From Negaprion brevirostris (taxonomy: Eukaryota): a DNA stretch of 64,000 bases. The translations under genes and the position numbers were made by a program. Position 1 is the stretch's first letter; each line of letters opens with the position of its first letter. Positions 1 through 11,349 of this stretch are shown one piece after another. The notes below the pieces were generated by a model. It was not told the DNA's origin. It was given only the letters and a program-made list of their open reading frames with translations, and did no database searches. Location of the stretch: NCBI GenBank assembly GCA_030324005.1, contig JARDVH010000133.1, forward strand, positions 23,209,825 to 23,273,824. The letters are read 5' to 3'.

Positions 1-769
1 CTCCCCCATCACCCACCCCTCCACACCAGTCTGTCCAACCTCTCCCCCTGACACTTGTGCAAACTTGAGGGAAATTCAAGAAGGCAGTGCTTCTGTCGAC
101 ACATTCAGAAACACACTTCCTTGTTATGCAAAGAATTCCTATTTAACAAAAATGTTTGATAGGTTTTTAAACTGGCACTTCACTAACAGGATAGTGATAG
201 GTAGCACATTCCACAGAAAGCAAAGCATCTAGGCTCCCTAACAGAAGGGCTGGATTATCCAACTGACCATGAATTAGCAAAGCACAAATTCCAATCATAA
301 CTTCCCTTAAATTAACAACAAAAAGAAAGTCTCTGCGGTTATATTGTGTCTTTCAGATTCTCGGGATGGACCAAATGCATCACAACTAACAGACCACTTT
401 TGAAGTGAAGTTACATTTTGTGTGGAGGAAAACGAGGTTGCCAATCTGAGCATAACACGGCTCCATGGGCAGAAAATGAACGAACAACCAGATAATGTCT
501 TTCTAGTGTCATCGGCTGCAGAAGAAACATGCAACCGCACCAGCAAGTGCATGTTTTGGCAACTACATCGTTAAGTTAATTGCCTTACTAAAGACAGGTA
601 ACGGTTATTGGCTCAACCTCCAAGAGTATAAATGGACATGGCTGCAAGAGTTGCTGTGGGAAAACCATAAGGGATTTGTGTCTGTGCTGAGCTGTATGCA
701 AAATAAACTTGTTGGAGGTAAAAGACAAGCTGCTCTATCATTCCTCCAACATATATTAAAATCTGCTAT

Positions 770-985
770 GAACATGCTGGCCAGCATATTGGAAGGACTC
801 TCTCCTCCATCATACGGTGTCTTGGGGTGTTTTAAATGAATCCCAACCAGCAGATGGGGCCTTTGTTTAATGTCTCACCTGAAACACATGATATTTGACA
901 ATGTTCGCTCCCTTAATATAAAAACATGAATCTAAGTTATGTGCCCATTCCCACAGTGGGATTTGAGCAACATACTCAAATCCAG
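770..985 (-). mobile_element. Degenerate Deu-domain SINE (SacSINE1/AmnSINE1-like)
   Basis: Reverse complement resembles the Deu core (GAGACATTAAACAAAGGCCCCATCTGC). Confidence 0.4.
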
Positions 986-1734
986 AACAAGAATCTTAAA
1001 CTTAAACAAAGCTAATTACATAGGTATGTGGGGAGAGCTGGCTATGACAGATTGAATAAACAAACTAAAAAGATATGGCAGTAAATAAACAGTGAAGAAA
1101 TTATTAACATATTTAACAAAAATATATTCCATTACAAAATGAAAATTCGATGCAAAAGTCTGCTTTTGGATTATTAGGAAAGTTAAGGATAGCACTATAC
1201 TTGAAGAAGAGGCATGTAATATTGCTGAGAAGTTATAAGTCTGATGACTTGAGAAACTTTCAAAAACCAGCAAAGAAAATGAGGTTAACGTGCCAGGAAT
1301 ATAAAAACAGATTGCAAGAGCTTCTGTATAAGGTTTACCCAACTTGCAACCTGCAGAAGCCCCTCTATACGGCCCCTGAAGCAACTGTTGAAAATGTCAG
1401 TAGGGCAACTCTGAGGCTGAAAATTACTGCAGGAGGCTGCTCCTCCAATCATTATCCGTTTTCCTCACGCTTTCAGTGGCAAACATGGGAAAGAAACAGG
1501 GTGTTACTGGAGCAGCAGCAACAATCAGCAACTCCAGGTACATGAATTTTGATAGAGACTCATGTGGAAACTCTTCATCCCACTTTCCTGTGGCCTTCAA
1601 AGGGAAGAACAGTGTGAGCATGTGGTGTGGGCAGTGTGTGGCTGGCTCGCTCCCAGTCTCAGGGCTCTCATTCAACCTGACCCTCACAGCAGGTGAAGGT
1701 GAGCAAGTGAGCACTCAGAATGGGACTGAGCTGA

Positions 1735-1790
1735 ACACACACACACACACACACACACACACGTACGCGCGCACACACACGTACGCACGT
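1735..1790. repeat. (CA)n microsatellite grading into alternating purine/pyrimidine CACGTACGCGCG
   Basis: Directly visible. Confidence 0.9.
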
Positions 1791-1862
1791 GCTGTGATGG
1801 TCTTCTTTATTTATTACTCATTTTTCAAACTATCAATTCATTATGGCGACTTCTTTTGTAGT

Positions 1863-1957
1863 AAAAAGTCTGACAACACCAGGTTTAAGTCCAACCGATT
1901 TATATTTATACTTTTTACTGTGTTTACCCCAGTCCAACGCCGGCATATCCACATCAT
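1863..1957. mobile_element. Short Penelope-like terminal remnant with inverted left piece
   Basis: AAGTCTGACAACACCAGGTTTAAGTCCAAC (minus piece) joined to TTACTGTGTTTACCCCAGTCCAACGCCGGCATATCCACATC (plus-strand 3' end); same family as 14052, 42668 and 61940. Confidence 0.7.
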
Positions 1958-2099
1958 GACTTCTTTTGTCTCAGCAAGCTGTTTCCTTCATACATCAACA
2001 TTTTGTTTTTTGAAATTGATCTTTAATGTTGTGCTAAACCTGATCTTTGAGACATGCTTGTCACTATCACCGCGCATGGAAAAATTGGAGGAGGGAACT

Positions 2100-3585
2100 T
2101 AAAAAGTAATTAGTATTAGCAGAAAAAAAATTGGAGAAAACTAAAGGATTAAAGGCTGGCAAACGCCCTGGTTCTGAAGGCTCCATTCTCCGGTTCTAAA
2201 AGAGGTAACTGCAAAGAAAGTCAATGTGCAGGTTATGGTTTTCAAACATTCCCTAGATTCCACAACGGTACCACTGGATTGGAAATGTAACATTGCAATT
2301 CAAAAAAAGGAACATGGAATAATGGCCAGTTAGCCAGTCACCAGGAAAATATTGGACTTTCATATCGAGCAAGTTTTAACGATGTTCTCAGAAAACCATG
2401 TTTTAAAACGACTGAAATCATAGTTCACAAACGTATTAATTTATTTGTGGATGTAACGTATAGGGCAGATAAAAGTAGATGTAATACACTCCAATTTCAA
2501 AAGGATTTCAATAAGATGCCACACAAAGGGTTAATACTTAAGTTGAGGGACTCATGGCATTGGGGGGAATGCTTTAGCATGGATAGGGGCTGGCTTAACA
2601 GACACAAAACTAAGTAGGTATAAAGAGGACATGTTCAAGTTGGGGCTCAGCTATTTACAATCTATGCTCATGATTCAGATTAATACGCCAAATGTATCCA
2701 AGTCTGTAGGCGATATGAAGCTCGGTGAGAATGCAAGCTGAGGGCAGAAAGACTGTGCAAAGAGATACATAACAGGTTAAGTGACAGGCAACAAGGTGGC
2801 AGATGGAGTGTAAGTGGGGAAGTGTGAGGTTGTGCACTTTGACAATAAGAATAAAAAAGCAGAATACTTTTTTTTAGTAAGGGTATAAAACTTTGAAATG
2901 TTGCTGTTCAGAGACACCTGTGTGTACTCAAGGAACAGTGAAAGTTAGCAGGTGCAGCAAACAATTAGAAGGAAATGGCATGTTGGCCTTTATGCAAAGG
3001 GATTGGAGTACAAGAATAAAGAAGTCTTATCACACTATTACAGAACTCAAATGATGCCACCCTTGAGTGCTATATGCAGTTTGAAAGGATTTTCTTATAG
3101 TGAAGATTCATAAGATGGATTTTTGGGATTAAAGCTACTCATCATAGTATGATCCCCAGAAAGCTGGGCCTGTATTATCTGGACTTTAAGAGAATGAAAG
3201 ACGATTCCACTGAAAAGTACAAAATTCTGAAGAAGCTCGACAGGGTCAACACAGTGAGCTTATTTTCCCTGGCCCAACAATCTGGATGTGGAGATGCTGA
3301 CGTTGGACTGGGTAAACAATCTGGAACAGAGGGGAACAGGTTCAGGATAAGGGATCAAACTGAGTCGAGGAGGAATTTCTTCATTCAAAAAGTTCTGAAG
3401 AAAGTTCCCCACCCCTGAGGGCTTAGGGATGCTCCAATCATCAAGTATATTCAAGGCTGGGTTGGACAGATTTTTGATCCCTTAGGAATATGAGGAGAAA
3501 GTGGCAAAGTGGAGTTAAGGTTGATGATCAGCCACGGGCTTGAGGGGTTATACTGTCTACTCTCAATCCTATTTCTCATGTTCTT
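2100..3585 (+). mobile_element. Degenerate CR1-clade LINE (RT to 3' end)
   Basis: Decayed GLKADKSPG.DGLHPRVLKE and DF.K.F.K.PH motifs; 3' tail TCCTATTTCTCATGTTCTTGTG. Confidence 0.85.
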
Positions 3586-3859
3586 GTGCATTCATGGAGA
3601 CAAACTCATAGCTTAGACACACAGACGGTTTGATAGGAGGCTTGAGTGTTACCAGCTAAGCTGACCCTGTTTTGTCAGGAGCAAATTGTACCCTTCTATT
3701 CAATAATTTTAGGTTTCGAGTTGGTCTGCATTAACAGATGCTGTAGAGCAGAATGTATTGAATGCTACAGCAGTTACATAACAGAGGAAACAAATCAACC
3801 TGTACTGGGGGTGGGGGAAGAAAGAGAGAGAGAGGGGGAGGAGAAGAGAGAGGATAAAC

Positions 3860-5530
3860 TCAGCAATTCCAGGACAGTCAGCCTAACCGCAGTGGAGAAA
3901 CTTTGAGACAATAATCCAGACAAAATGAATTGGCACTTGGAAAATTATTGGCTAATTAAATGAGATGGACAAATGGCGTTTAGCCAAGTTGATTCTGTTC
4001 TTTGACAACCTAGTGAACAGCTTTGATAAGGGCATTATGTTTTATGTTATACAAATAGAGCTAAAAGATGTTTAACAAAGTACACACAAATTTGTAAGCA
4101 AAACTGAAGGCCGTGGGATTAAAGGGACAGTGGAAGCAGAGATACAAAATTGGCTAAGGGACAAATACAGACAATGGTCAACAATTGTTTATCAAAATAG
4201 AAAGGAAGTATGCAGTGGCTCCTGTATTAGGGTCAGTGTTATTTATAATATACATTAATTACATGTCTTTGCGTACACTGTTTAACAGATGAAATGAAAG
4301 GCAAATACAATGAAGAATGAAAGTAGTAACAGACTTCAGGAGGACATGGACAAAGACTGAATGGAATTTGAGATAGGTCTTGCTGGAAGCAAAAGGAGAG
4401 GCAATATAACAAAGAGGCACAATTTAAAGGATATGCAAGAACACAGAGATCTGTATCACGATTCTATGAAGATAGCAAGACAAGTTGGGAAAGTTGATAG
4501 GATCTTTGGCTTTATAAGAACATAAGAATTAGGAGCAGGAGTAGGCCATCTGACATCCTCGAGCCTGCTCCATCATTCAATAAAATCATGGCTGATCTTC
4601 TTGTGGGCTCAGCTCCACTTGCCCACCCACTCACCGTAACCCTTAATTCCTTTACTGTTCAAAAATGTATCAATCCTTGTCTTAAAGTCCTTTATTCATA
4701 GCATAACAGAAAGTAAGGAAGTTTTGCTAAATCTTTATAAAACAGTTAGGCCCTAGCTGGAATATTATGCCCAATTTCAGGCACCATTGGGGTGACGTCG
4801 TGGCAATGTGGGGTAGCACGGTGCTTAGCACTGCTGCCTCACGGCACCAGGAACCCAGGTTCAATTCCTGGCTTGTCTGTGTGGAGTTTGCACATTCTCC
4901 CTGTATCTGCATGGGTTTTCTCTGGGCGCCCTGGTTTCTTCTCTCAGTTCAAAAGATGTACCGGTTAGATGCATTGGCCATACTAAATTCTCCCTCAGTG
5001 TACCTGAACAGGCGCCAGAGCGTGGCGACTAGGGGATTTTCACACTAACTTCATTGTAGTGTTAATGCAAGCCTACTTGAGACACTAATAAATACTTTTA
5101 AAACACACTTTTTGAAGGGTAGCAAGGCTGTGGAACAGTGCTATAAGAGATTCACTTAAATGGTGCCAGGGATGAGGGGCATCCGTTATGTGGCAGGAGT
5201 GGAGAAAGTTAAAAGGAAGTTTGATAGAGGCATTCAAAATTGAGCAAATAAATAGGAACAGCTTCAGGTGGGAGGAGGGTCAATAACCTGAGGACACAGA
5301 CTTACAGTGAGAGGCAAAAGAACCAGGAGTGATTTTTATAAGCAGGGAATTGTTGTGATCTGGACGGCATTGCCTGAAAGACTGTTAGGAGCAGATTCAA
5401 CAGAAACCTTCAAAAGGAAACTTGAAGGGGAAAAAAAAATACTGAGTTTTTGGGGTAGACTTGAGGAGTAAGACAAATTAGTACAGGCACACTGGGCGGA
5501 ATGGCATCGCTCTTTGCCGTATGATTTTAA
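3860..5530 (+). mobile_element. Older CR1 LINE fragment, interrupted by a minus-strand CR1 3' end (4517-4686) and a SINE (4810-5095)
   Basis: R.VSLT.V.K and LVRP.LEY remnants; tail GGGCGGAATGGCATC. Confidence 0.75.
4810..5095 (+). mobile_element. V-SINE/HE1-related tRNA-derived SINE, tail type B
   Basis: Head GGTAGCACGGTG..TTAGCACTGCTGCCTCAC with B-box GGTTCAATTCC; V-domain GTCTGTGTGGAGTTTGCACATTCTCCC; tail GCCTACTTGAGACACTAATAAA. Confidence 0.85.
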
Positions 5531-7186
5531 AAAGGAAAGAGAAATAGAAGAGACAAAATAAATGCAAACTCAAATCTTCTTGTAAAGTGCACCCGAAGTG
5601 CAATACAAAATGCTCCAAAAGTTTAGATAAAATTTCACATGGTTTTTGTTTGAAGTTTATACCTGTTGAGTTGGTAAGACCTCAAATCCATACTTTTTTG
5701 GGAGCTCATCTAACACAGGAAGGAAAAAGGGGAATCTACTAATATATATAATCCGTGAAGTGTTTAAAGTGCTGTGCCATTCGAGGGCTGCAGGTTCACA
5801 GTCAACATTTGCCACATGGTAAATGCCTCCATCTTGACTAAGGCCATTGGGCAGGTAGCAATTGGATGCAATGCAATGTGCATGAGAGCAGCAGTCATGC
5901 TGCATTGCTGCTAGCCATGCATGATATGGGCAAATGCCCAGAGATACAACTTCAGGCCTAACACAGGAAAAAGGAGGGGAAAGTTAAAAGGGTGTTTCTG
6001 TTTATGATCTGGATGTGCAGCTGCTCATTATTTATCACTCATTCATGTACAAGACATTATAAACTCTACCCGACCTATAACTAATCAATCTGTCTCAGAA
6101 AGTAAGAAATCTATTTTCCCCAAAGGAAAGGAGACCTTGTGATACAGGCACTATAGCTTCCGTTCCCTTTACCATCATTTAAATTTCACCTTTTGCAGTC
6201 TTAGGTAGCACTGAATCATACAAAACAAAAGATCTCAGCAGTGCACAGCTACTATTCAGCCAAGATATAGCAGAGGCCAATTTCAAATCTCCTATTCCCT
6301 GCAATTTTCTGCAAAGTTTCAAAGTCCCACTGTTCCTATTGAAAGAGTAAGAAAGAAAAAAATAAACATACAAGCAAAAAGATAAAGAGAGAAAGGAATG
6401 AGAGACTGAATAACAAGGGGGTGAAAGGTTATTAGAGATAATCAGATCAGCTGTGATCTTATCAACTGGCTAGAGGGGCCGAGTGGTCTATTCCTGCTCC
6501 TAGTTCATAAGTGTTTAAGATACACAATCTTCTCCCCTGTAATCTAAAGGTATCAAGTTCTTGATTTGGTTATGACTCCACAATCATTAGAGTCCTCCAG
6601 TATTTCCTCTGTGAATGTCTGTCACTTAAGGCTTGGCAGCAAATAGCTGTAGGCTATTCGACTAGAGAGGGCATCAGAACAGCATCGTCACTGTTCTCAC
6701 TTGTACATTTCTAGCAGAAGTCCCTGGGAAGTGATCAGGAATGGGAATCATGATCGATCTTTTCTTCCCTAATCCAAGGCTGATAAAGTCAACTTGATGC
6801 AACCACCACCAACCAGGTGGATGTCAACCAACTCAAAACGGATCAGGGTTTAATTGTGGGATCCTCCTAGACCATATGGATTCACAAACTGCAAGACTGT
6901 CTCTGTTATAGGGGTTGTCATGAAGCCAATGAAAAGCAGCATCCACAAACGACATGCAAGAAAATGGACAGCATTCAAATAAAACAAATTCCTCAGCCAA
7001 GTTAACGGACATTAACCACAATAGAAAGAAGTTAAATACACCCTCAGGTATATTGCGCTGGGATTGGGCAAAAACAAACACGCTCTTCAAACTGGGACTT
7101 CAAATACAGAGATGGTGGAATTTTATTTTGAAAAACAATCCAATGTCTGGGCTCCAGCATTAGTTCATTTTTACAACTTCAGCAGC

Positions 7187-7269
7187 ATGTTAGAAATCGG
7201 TATGAAAGTGCTTGGTATGTTAGAAATTGGTATGAAAGTGCTTCGTATGTTAGAAATTGGTATGAAAGT
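7187..7269. repeat. 30-bp tandem repeat, about 2.8 copies, within a CR1 remnant
   Basis: ATGTTAGAAATYGGTATGAAAGTGCTTSGT repeated. Confidence 0.9.
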
Positions 7270-8589
7270 AGATGCAGTACATATTTTATGAACACACTTG
7301 TCGGTATTGTCTCTGGGAATAACAGGGCAGCTTTCAATTCACAAGAGTTGTTTTATACATGGCACAACGAGAAATAAGGTACATTTATATAGCAACCAAT
7401 CTGCATACATTAGGGTCTTTCAAAAAGGCAGAGCAGAAATGGCTAAATGTAAATTGAATTCATAATATTGCGAGGATTCTCATCTTACTGAATTAACTGA
7501 TTTGATTTTTGCATGGTAATAAGATGGATGCAGCACAGCATTGGGTGAAAAACCATGTTCATTTTGCATTAGTTTCTGGTGAAATTAACATTCATAAAAT
7601 ATTCCTAAGTGCTCAATCCCGAGAACACTTGATTTGGTCTTGATTTTCTGATCCTTCTGAGGCATAATTTAATGATGGAAAAATCAAATGTACCATTTCC
7701 TATGGAAATCTGGGCTTTTTAAAACATGCTAATTTTGCTGCTGGATGAATAAGAGAAATAAAAAGTTTGAATCAACAGGGGCACTTCATGATTGGAACGC
7801 AATCAGTAAGTTTGTTGTATTGTTGCCTAAGCTACTACAGGCAATCCCTTTAAGTATGCCGTCTTGCTGCTGCACCCCCCCCCCACCCCCAATCTACTTG
7901 GTGCATTGATTATCCAATACCTTGTTCCCTAGATNNNNNNNNNNNNNNNNNNNNCTGAAGTTTGTAAAATGGATGTTATCCAAAAAGAGGAGATTTTAAA
8001 AATAACTGTGGACTACACACAAAAAAAAGGACAACTTGGAATTCTCAGGCAAGGCTATGTTTACAGCTTTCTTTCTCAATCTGACTTCTCTGTCAGTTTA
8101 CAGACACAAAGTCAAAGATACTCGACAAGTTAACAGACTTACTTTCAAAGACTTCAAAATAATCTTTGCCTGCTGCACCAACAGTTGCTAATATCCTGTA
8201 TAACATTGCCCAGCTGAATGAATACTCTTCCATATTTACTTTCTATGGCTAATTTCCTTGCACTCTTTCCAGGATTGACCCAGAGAGCAAACAACTTCAA
8301 ATTCCTCTTCTCCAGCCAACCATCTCGCTATATTCATACCTCTCTTTCTGAAAGAGGTCCTCCAATTAGGTTTCTCCCAGCAACACTCTACATTAACTGC
8401 AGATGCTGCTCCCTTTTCCTTCTCATCCTTCTTAACTTCTTTACTCTTAACAATCAGCCATTCTGTCTTTCTTCAATGTCTCACTTTCACAGTTGACATT
8501 CTGCTGCACTGTTCTCTCCTGATTCCACTCCTACTGATCATTATATCAACTTCAACAATAACTGAACTCCCGCCCCTCAAACATGCACA

Positions 8590-9020
8590 CTTCACCTTTT
8601 GTGTTCGTCAATGTTCCATCATTAGGTCTCCATCCAGGGCTATTTACATCAATCTACTAGCAGGAATAAACTTCCAGACAGATACTAACGACACTCAGGC
8701 AGCTTCCTCTTCGCTTTCTTCTCACGGTGCTCACTGCTCTCCAATTGTCAGTTCAACATCAACACCTGGATATGCCAAAAAACTTTCTTCAACTAAACAT
8801 CAGCAAGTCCAAAGCCATGCTCTTCAGTTTTCACAAACACCTACTTTATCTACCGCATCTAACTCAAGTAATCTCACGCTGAAATGCAGAGCCTTAGCAC
8901 ACTGCTTAATTTATTTAAGTTTCTTCTCCATTTCAATCCATCACCTTTGAATTACTACCCACTTCTGCTCCAGCCCCTATCTCTATGCAACCAGTACTTT
9001 AATATGCACCTTTATTAATT
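8590..9020 (+). mobile_element. Highly decayed L2 LINE RT fragment
   Basis: Remnant W...NFLQLNISKSKA, like L2 WM..NFLQLN..KTE. Confidence 0.5.
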
Positions 9021-9052
9021 TTGATCTAGACTGTTTCTCCTTTTTGTAGCAG

Positions 9053-9360
9053 CAACTTGTATTTATATAATGCCTTTAATGTAATAGAACATCCCGAGAT
9101 GTTTCATGAAAACGTAATGAATAATAAAATTTGATGCCAAGACACGTGTAACTATAAGATTGCCAAACATTCGGTCAAAGGGGGAGGTTTCATTGAGCAC
9201 ATTAAAGGAGGAAAGGGAGATAGATAGGCTTAGGAAGGGAATTCCAGAGCTTTGGACTTCAGGGCAGGTAAAGGGTATGATCACCATTGGCAGAGAATTA
9301 AAATCAAGGGTACCCAAGAGGGCAGGATTAGATGGAGTGTAGATTCCTTGGAGGATTTCG
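9053..9360 (-). mobile_element. L2 LINE 3' end
   Basis: AACTTGTATTTATATAATGCCTTT...AAGGGAATTCCAGAGCTT; similar copies at 15345 and 43690. Confidence 0.6.
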
Positions 9361-9651
9361 CAGCTATTTACAATTCCAACCTCCATAAATGACCTGCTAC
9401 TGCAAATGTTAGAATCCATGTCCTCACCCGTATTTCAGACGCATGTTGAACAATACTAGGTGAGCTAATAGCTACATGAACAATCAATTTATGATATTAG
9501 TTGAGCTCATAACGTAGCTTATTTCCATTTGCTGAAAGTGACATGCATCCATACATACACACACAGAAACTTCTTCTCTGCAAACAAAAGTTCAAGTCTT
9601 GCAGCTTTTTGGAATCACCTGGGAGCTTGGAGAGCCTACAGATCTCCATTG

Positions 9652-9697
9652 CTTTCTCCATGGCAACAATTCAGCTAATCAGAATCGCCATGGCAAC
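9652..9697. promoter_or_regulatory. Tandem RFX X-box-like motifs
   Basis: TTTCTCCATGGCAAC and ATCGCCATGGCAAC about 30 bp apart, versus consensus GTTGCCATGGCAAC. Confidence 0.45.
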
Positions 9698-10439
9698 CAA
9701 GCAGCGTCCTTTCCGCCTGCAGTAAAAATCATTGATAGCTTGACATTTGACATTCTTGTGTTTGTCCTGATGAGTTCAAGACAAGAAACTTTGGCAACAT
9801 CTCTATTTTCAACAATATTCAAGATAGCCATGTTTTCCATTGAATTCTGTTGATTGTGAACCATTTGATTCTAATTCTCACCTTTAAAGCCACCCACAGT
9901 CCCATGAATCCATAATTTCAGGATGTCTAATAGCCTTACATCCCTAAACCCACTTTCCATTCTTCCAAAACAAAGTTATTTCTCACATCTGTTCCCTTTG
10001 TTCCACCAGCCAAGGCCTCTCTTTCAATTAACGTATGAACCTTTTAAAAGCAGTTTGATGTACAGAAGCTAATAAATCATTGTTAAGGTTTTTGTCACAA
10101 AATACATAACATATTCTGTCATTAAATGCTAATCAAGGAGTGTAAACTCTACTTCTAAAATAAACTAAGGGAACATACTAAGCAATTGCACCTCTGTTTG
10201 AAGCAGCTAGCACAGAACAGATTTTCTCTATACGTGTCTCCATTTATTCCGCACGCTATATTTGTTGGCTAGAGGTGAACTTTAGGTTTTCTTTAGTTTT
10301 TGTTTGGGTGAAGGAAGGTCCAAAATACAGATACCAAACACACTATGGCACATCATTCAATCAGGAGAATGGAAGCTTCATCTCTGTGATCGAGTTAAGA
10401 GTCAAAACCTAAAGCTTAAGAAGACATTGAAATGGAAAA

Positions 10440-11203
10440 CTGGAAATGAACAATAATGTGACAAGTTAGCTGATACAACATGGGATGAGAGATTCTTTCC
10501 CCCTTTAAAAATGGAGGATTGGAAAGAGAAGTAACATTCACACCATACAAGTGCCAGCGGCGACCATCTCCAACAAAAGAGAATTGAACTACCTCCCCAG
10601 AACTTTCAATTGTATTAGGATCACTGAATTCCACCCCGCCTCAGGTCAGAGGCTGGGAATTCTACAGCAAACAACTCATCTCCTGTCCCCAAAAGTCTGT
10701 CCACCATCTACAAGGCACAAGTCAGAAGAACGGCTGGATCAGTACAGTTCCAATGCTCAAGATGCTCATCACCAGCCTGTAAAAAGCAGCCTCTTTGAAT
10801 TGCACTCCATCCATCAACTTGAAAATTCATTCCCTTCACCACTGGTGCACAGTGGCAGCAGTGTGCATTATAGACAAGATGCACCGCATCACACAAAGTA
10901 TTTTTCAACAGCACCTTCCAAACTCGTGACCTCTACCAGCTAGAAGAACAAGGGCAGAAGGCCTATGGAAACACCTTCACTTGCAAATTCCCCTCCAAGC
11001 CACACATCATCCTTAAATTATGTTGTTGTTCCTCCACTATCACTGGGTCAATCCTGGAACTCCCCCCTGTGAGTGTAACTACGCCACATGGAATGCAGCA
11101 GTTCAAAAAAGCAGCTCACCACCATCTTCTCAATGGCAAGCAGGACAGGCAATAAATGTTTGCCTTGCCAGCAATGCACATAACCTGTGAAAGAATTTTT
11201 AAA
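10440..11203 (+). mobile_element. CR1/L2-group LINE 3' portion
   Basis: GQRLGILQQ..HLLSP and TIYKAQVR remnants; tail GGCAATAAATGTTTGCCTTGCCAGC. Confidence 0.7.
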
Positions 11204-11349
11204 ATTCCAAACCCATTACATTGCTGTCCCCACACTTTATCTGGGTACAGGTATGGCTGCACATCATCTACAATGGCGGTATAGCAGCAGTGGCTATTTT
11301 TAAACTTCAAATATTTTAAAAGTGGTTCAAGGACTACTGTGGTAACAGT

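Noticed and set aside
1016-2102. Overlapping ORFs of 96-208 aa
   Set aside because: No recognisable domain; the longest crosses a microsatellite and a Penelope remnant
7187-7269. 30-bp repeats considered as CRISPR-like
   Set aside because: Head-to-tail with no spacers, in eukaryotic CR1-derived DNA
9400-9432. Minus-strand GGTGAGGACATGGAT (GEDMD) resembling the next SETD1B exon (SGEDMEISDD)
   Set aside because: In-frame TGA three codons upstream, no acceptor, and the downstream peptide is unrelated and runs into an L2 repeat
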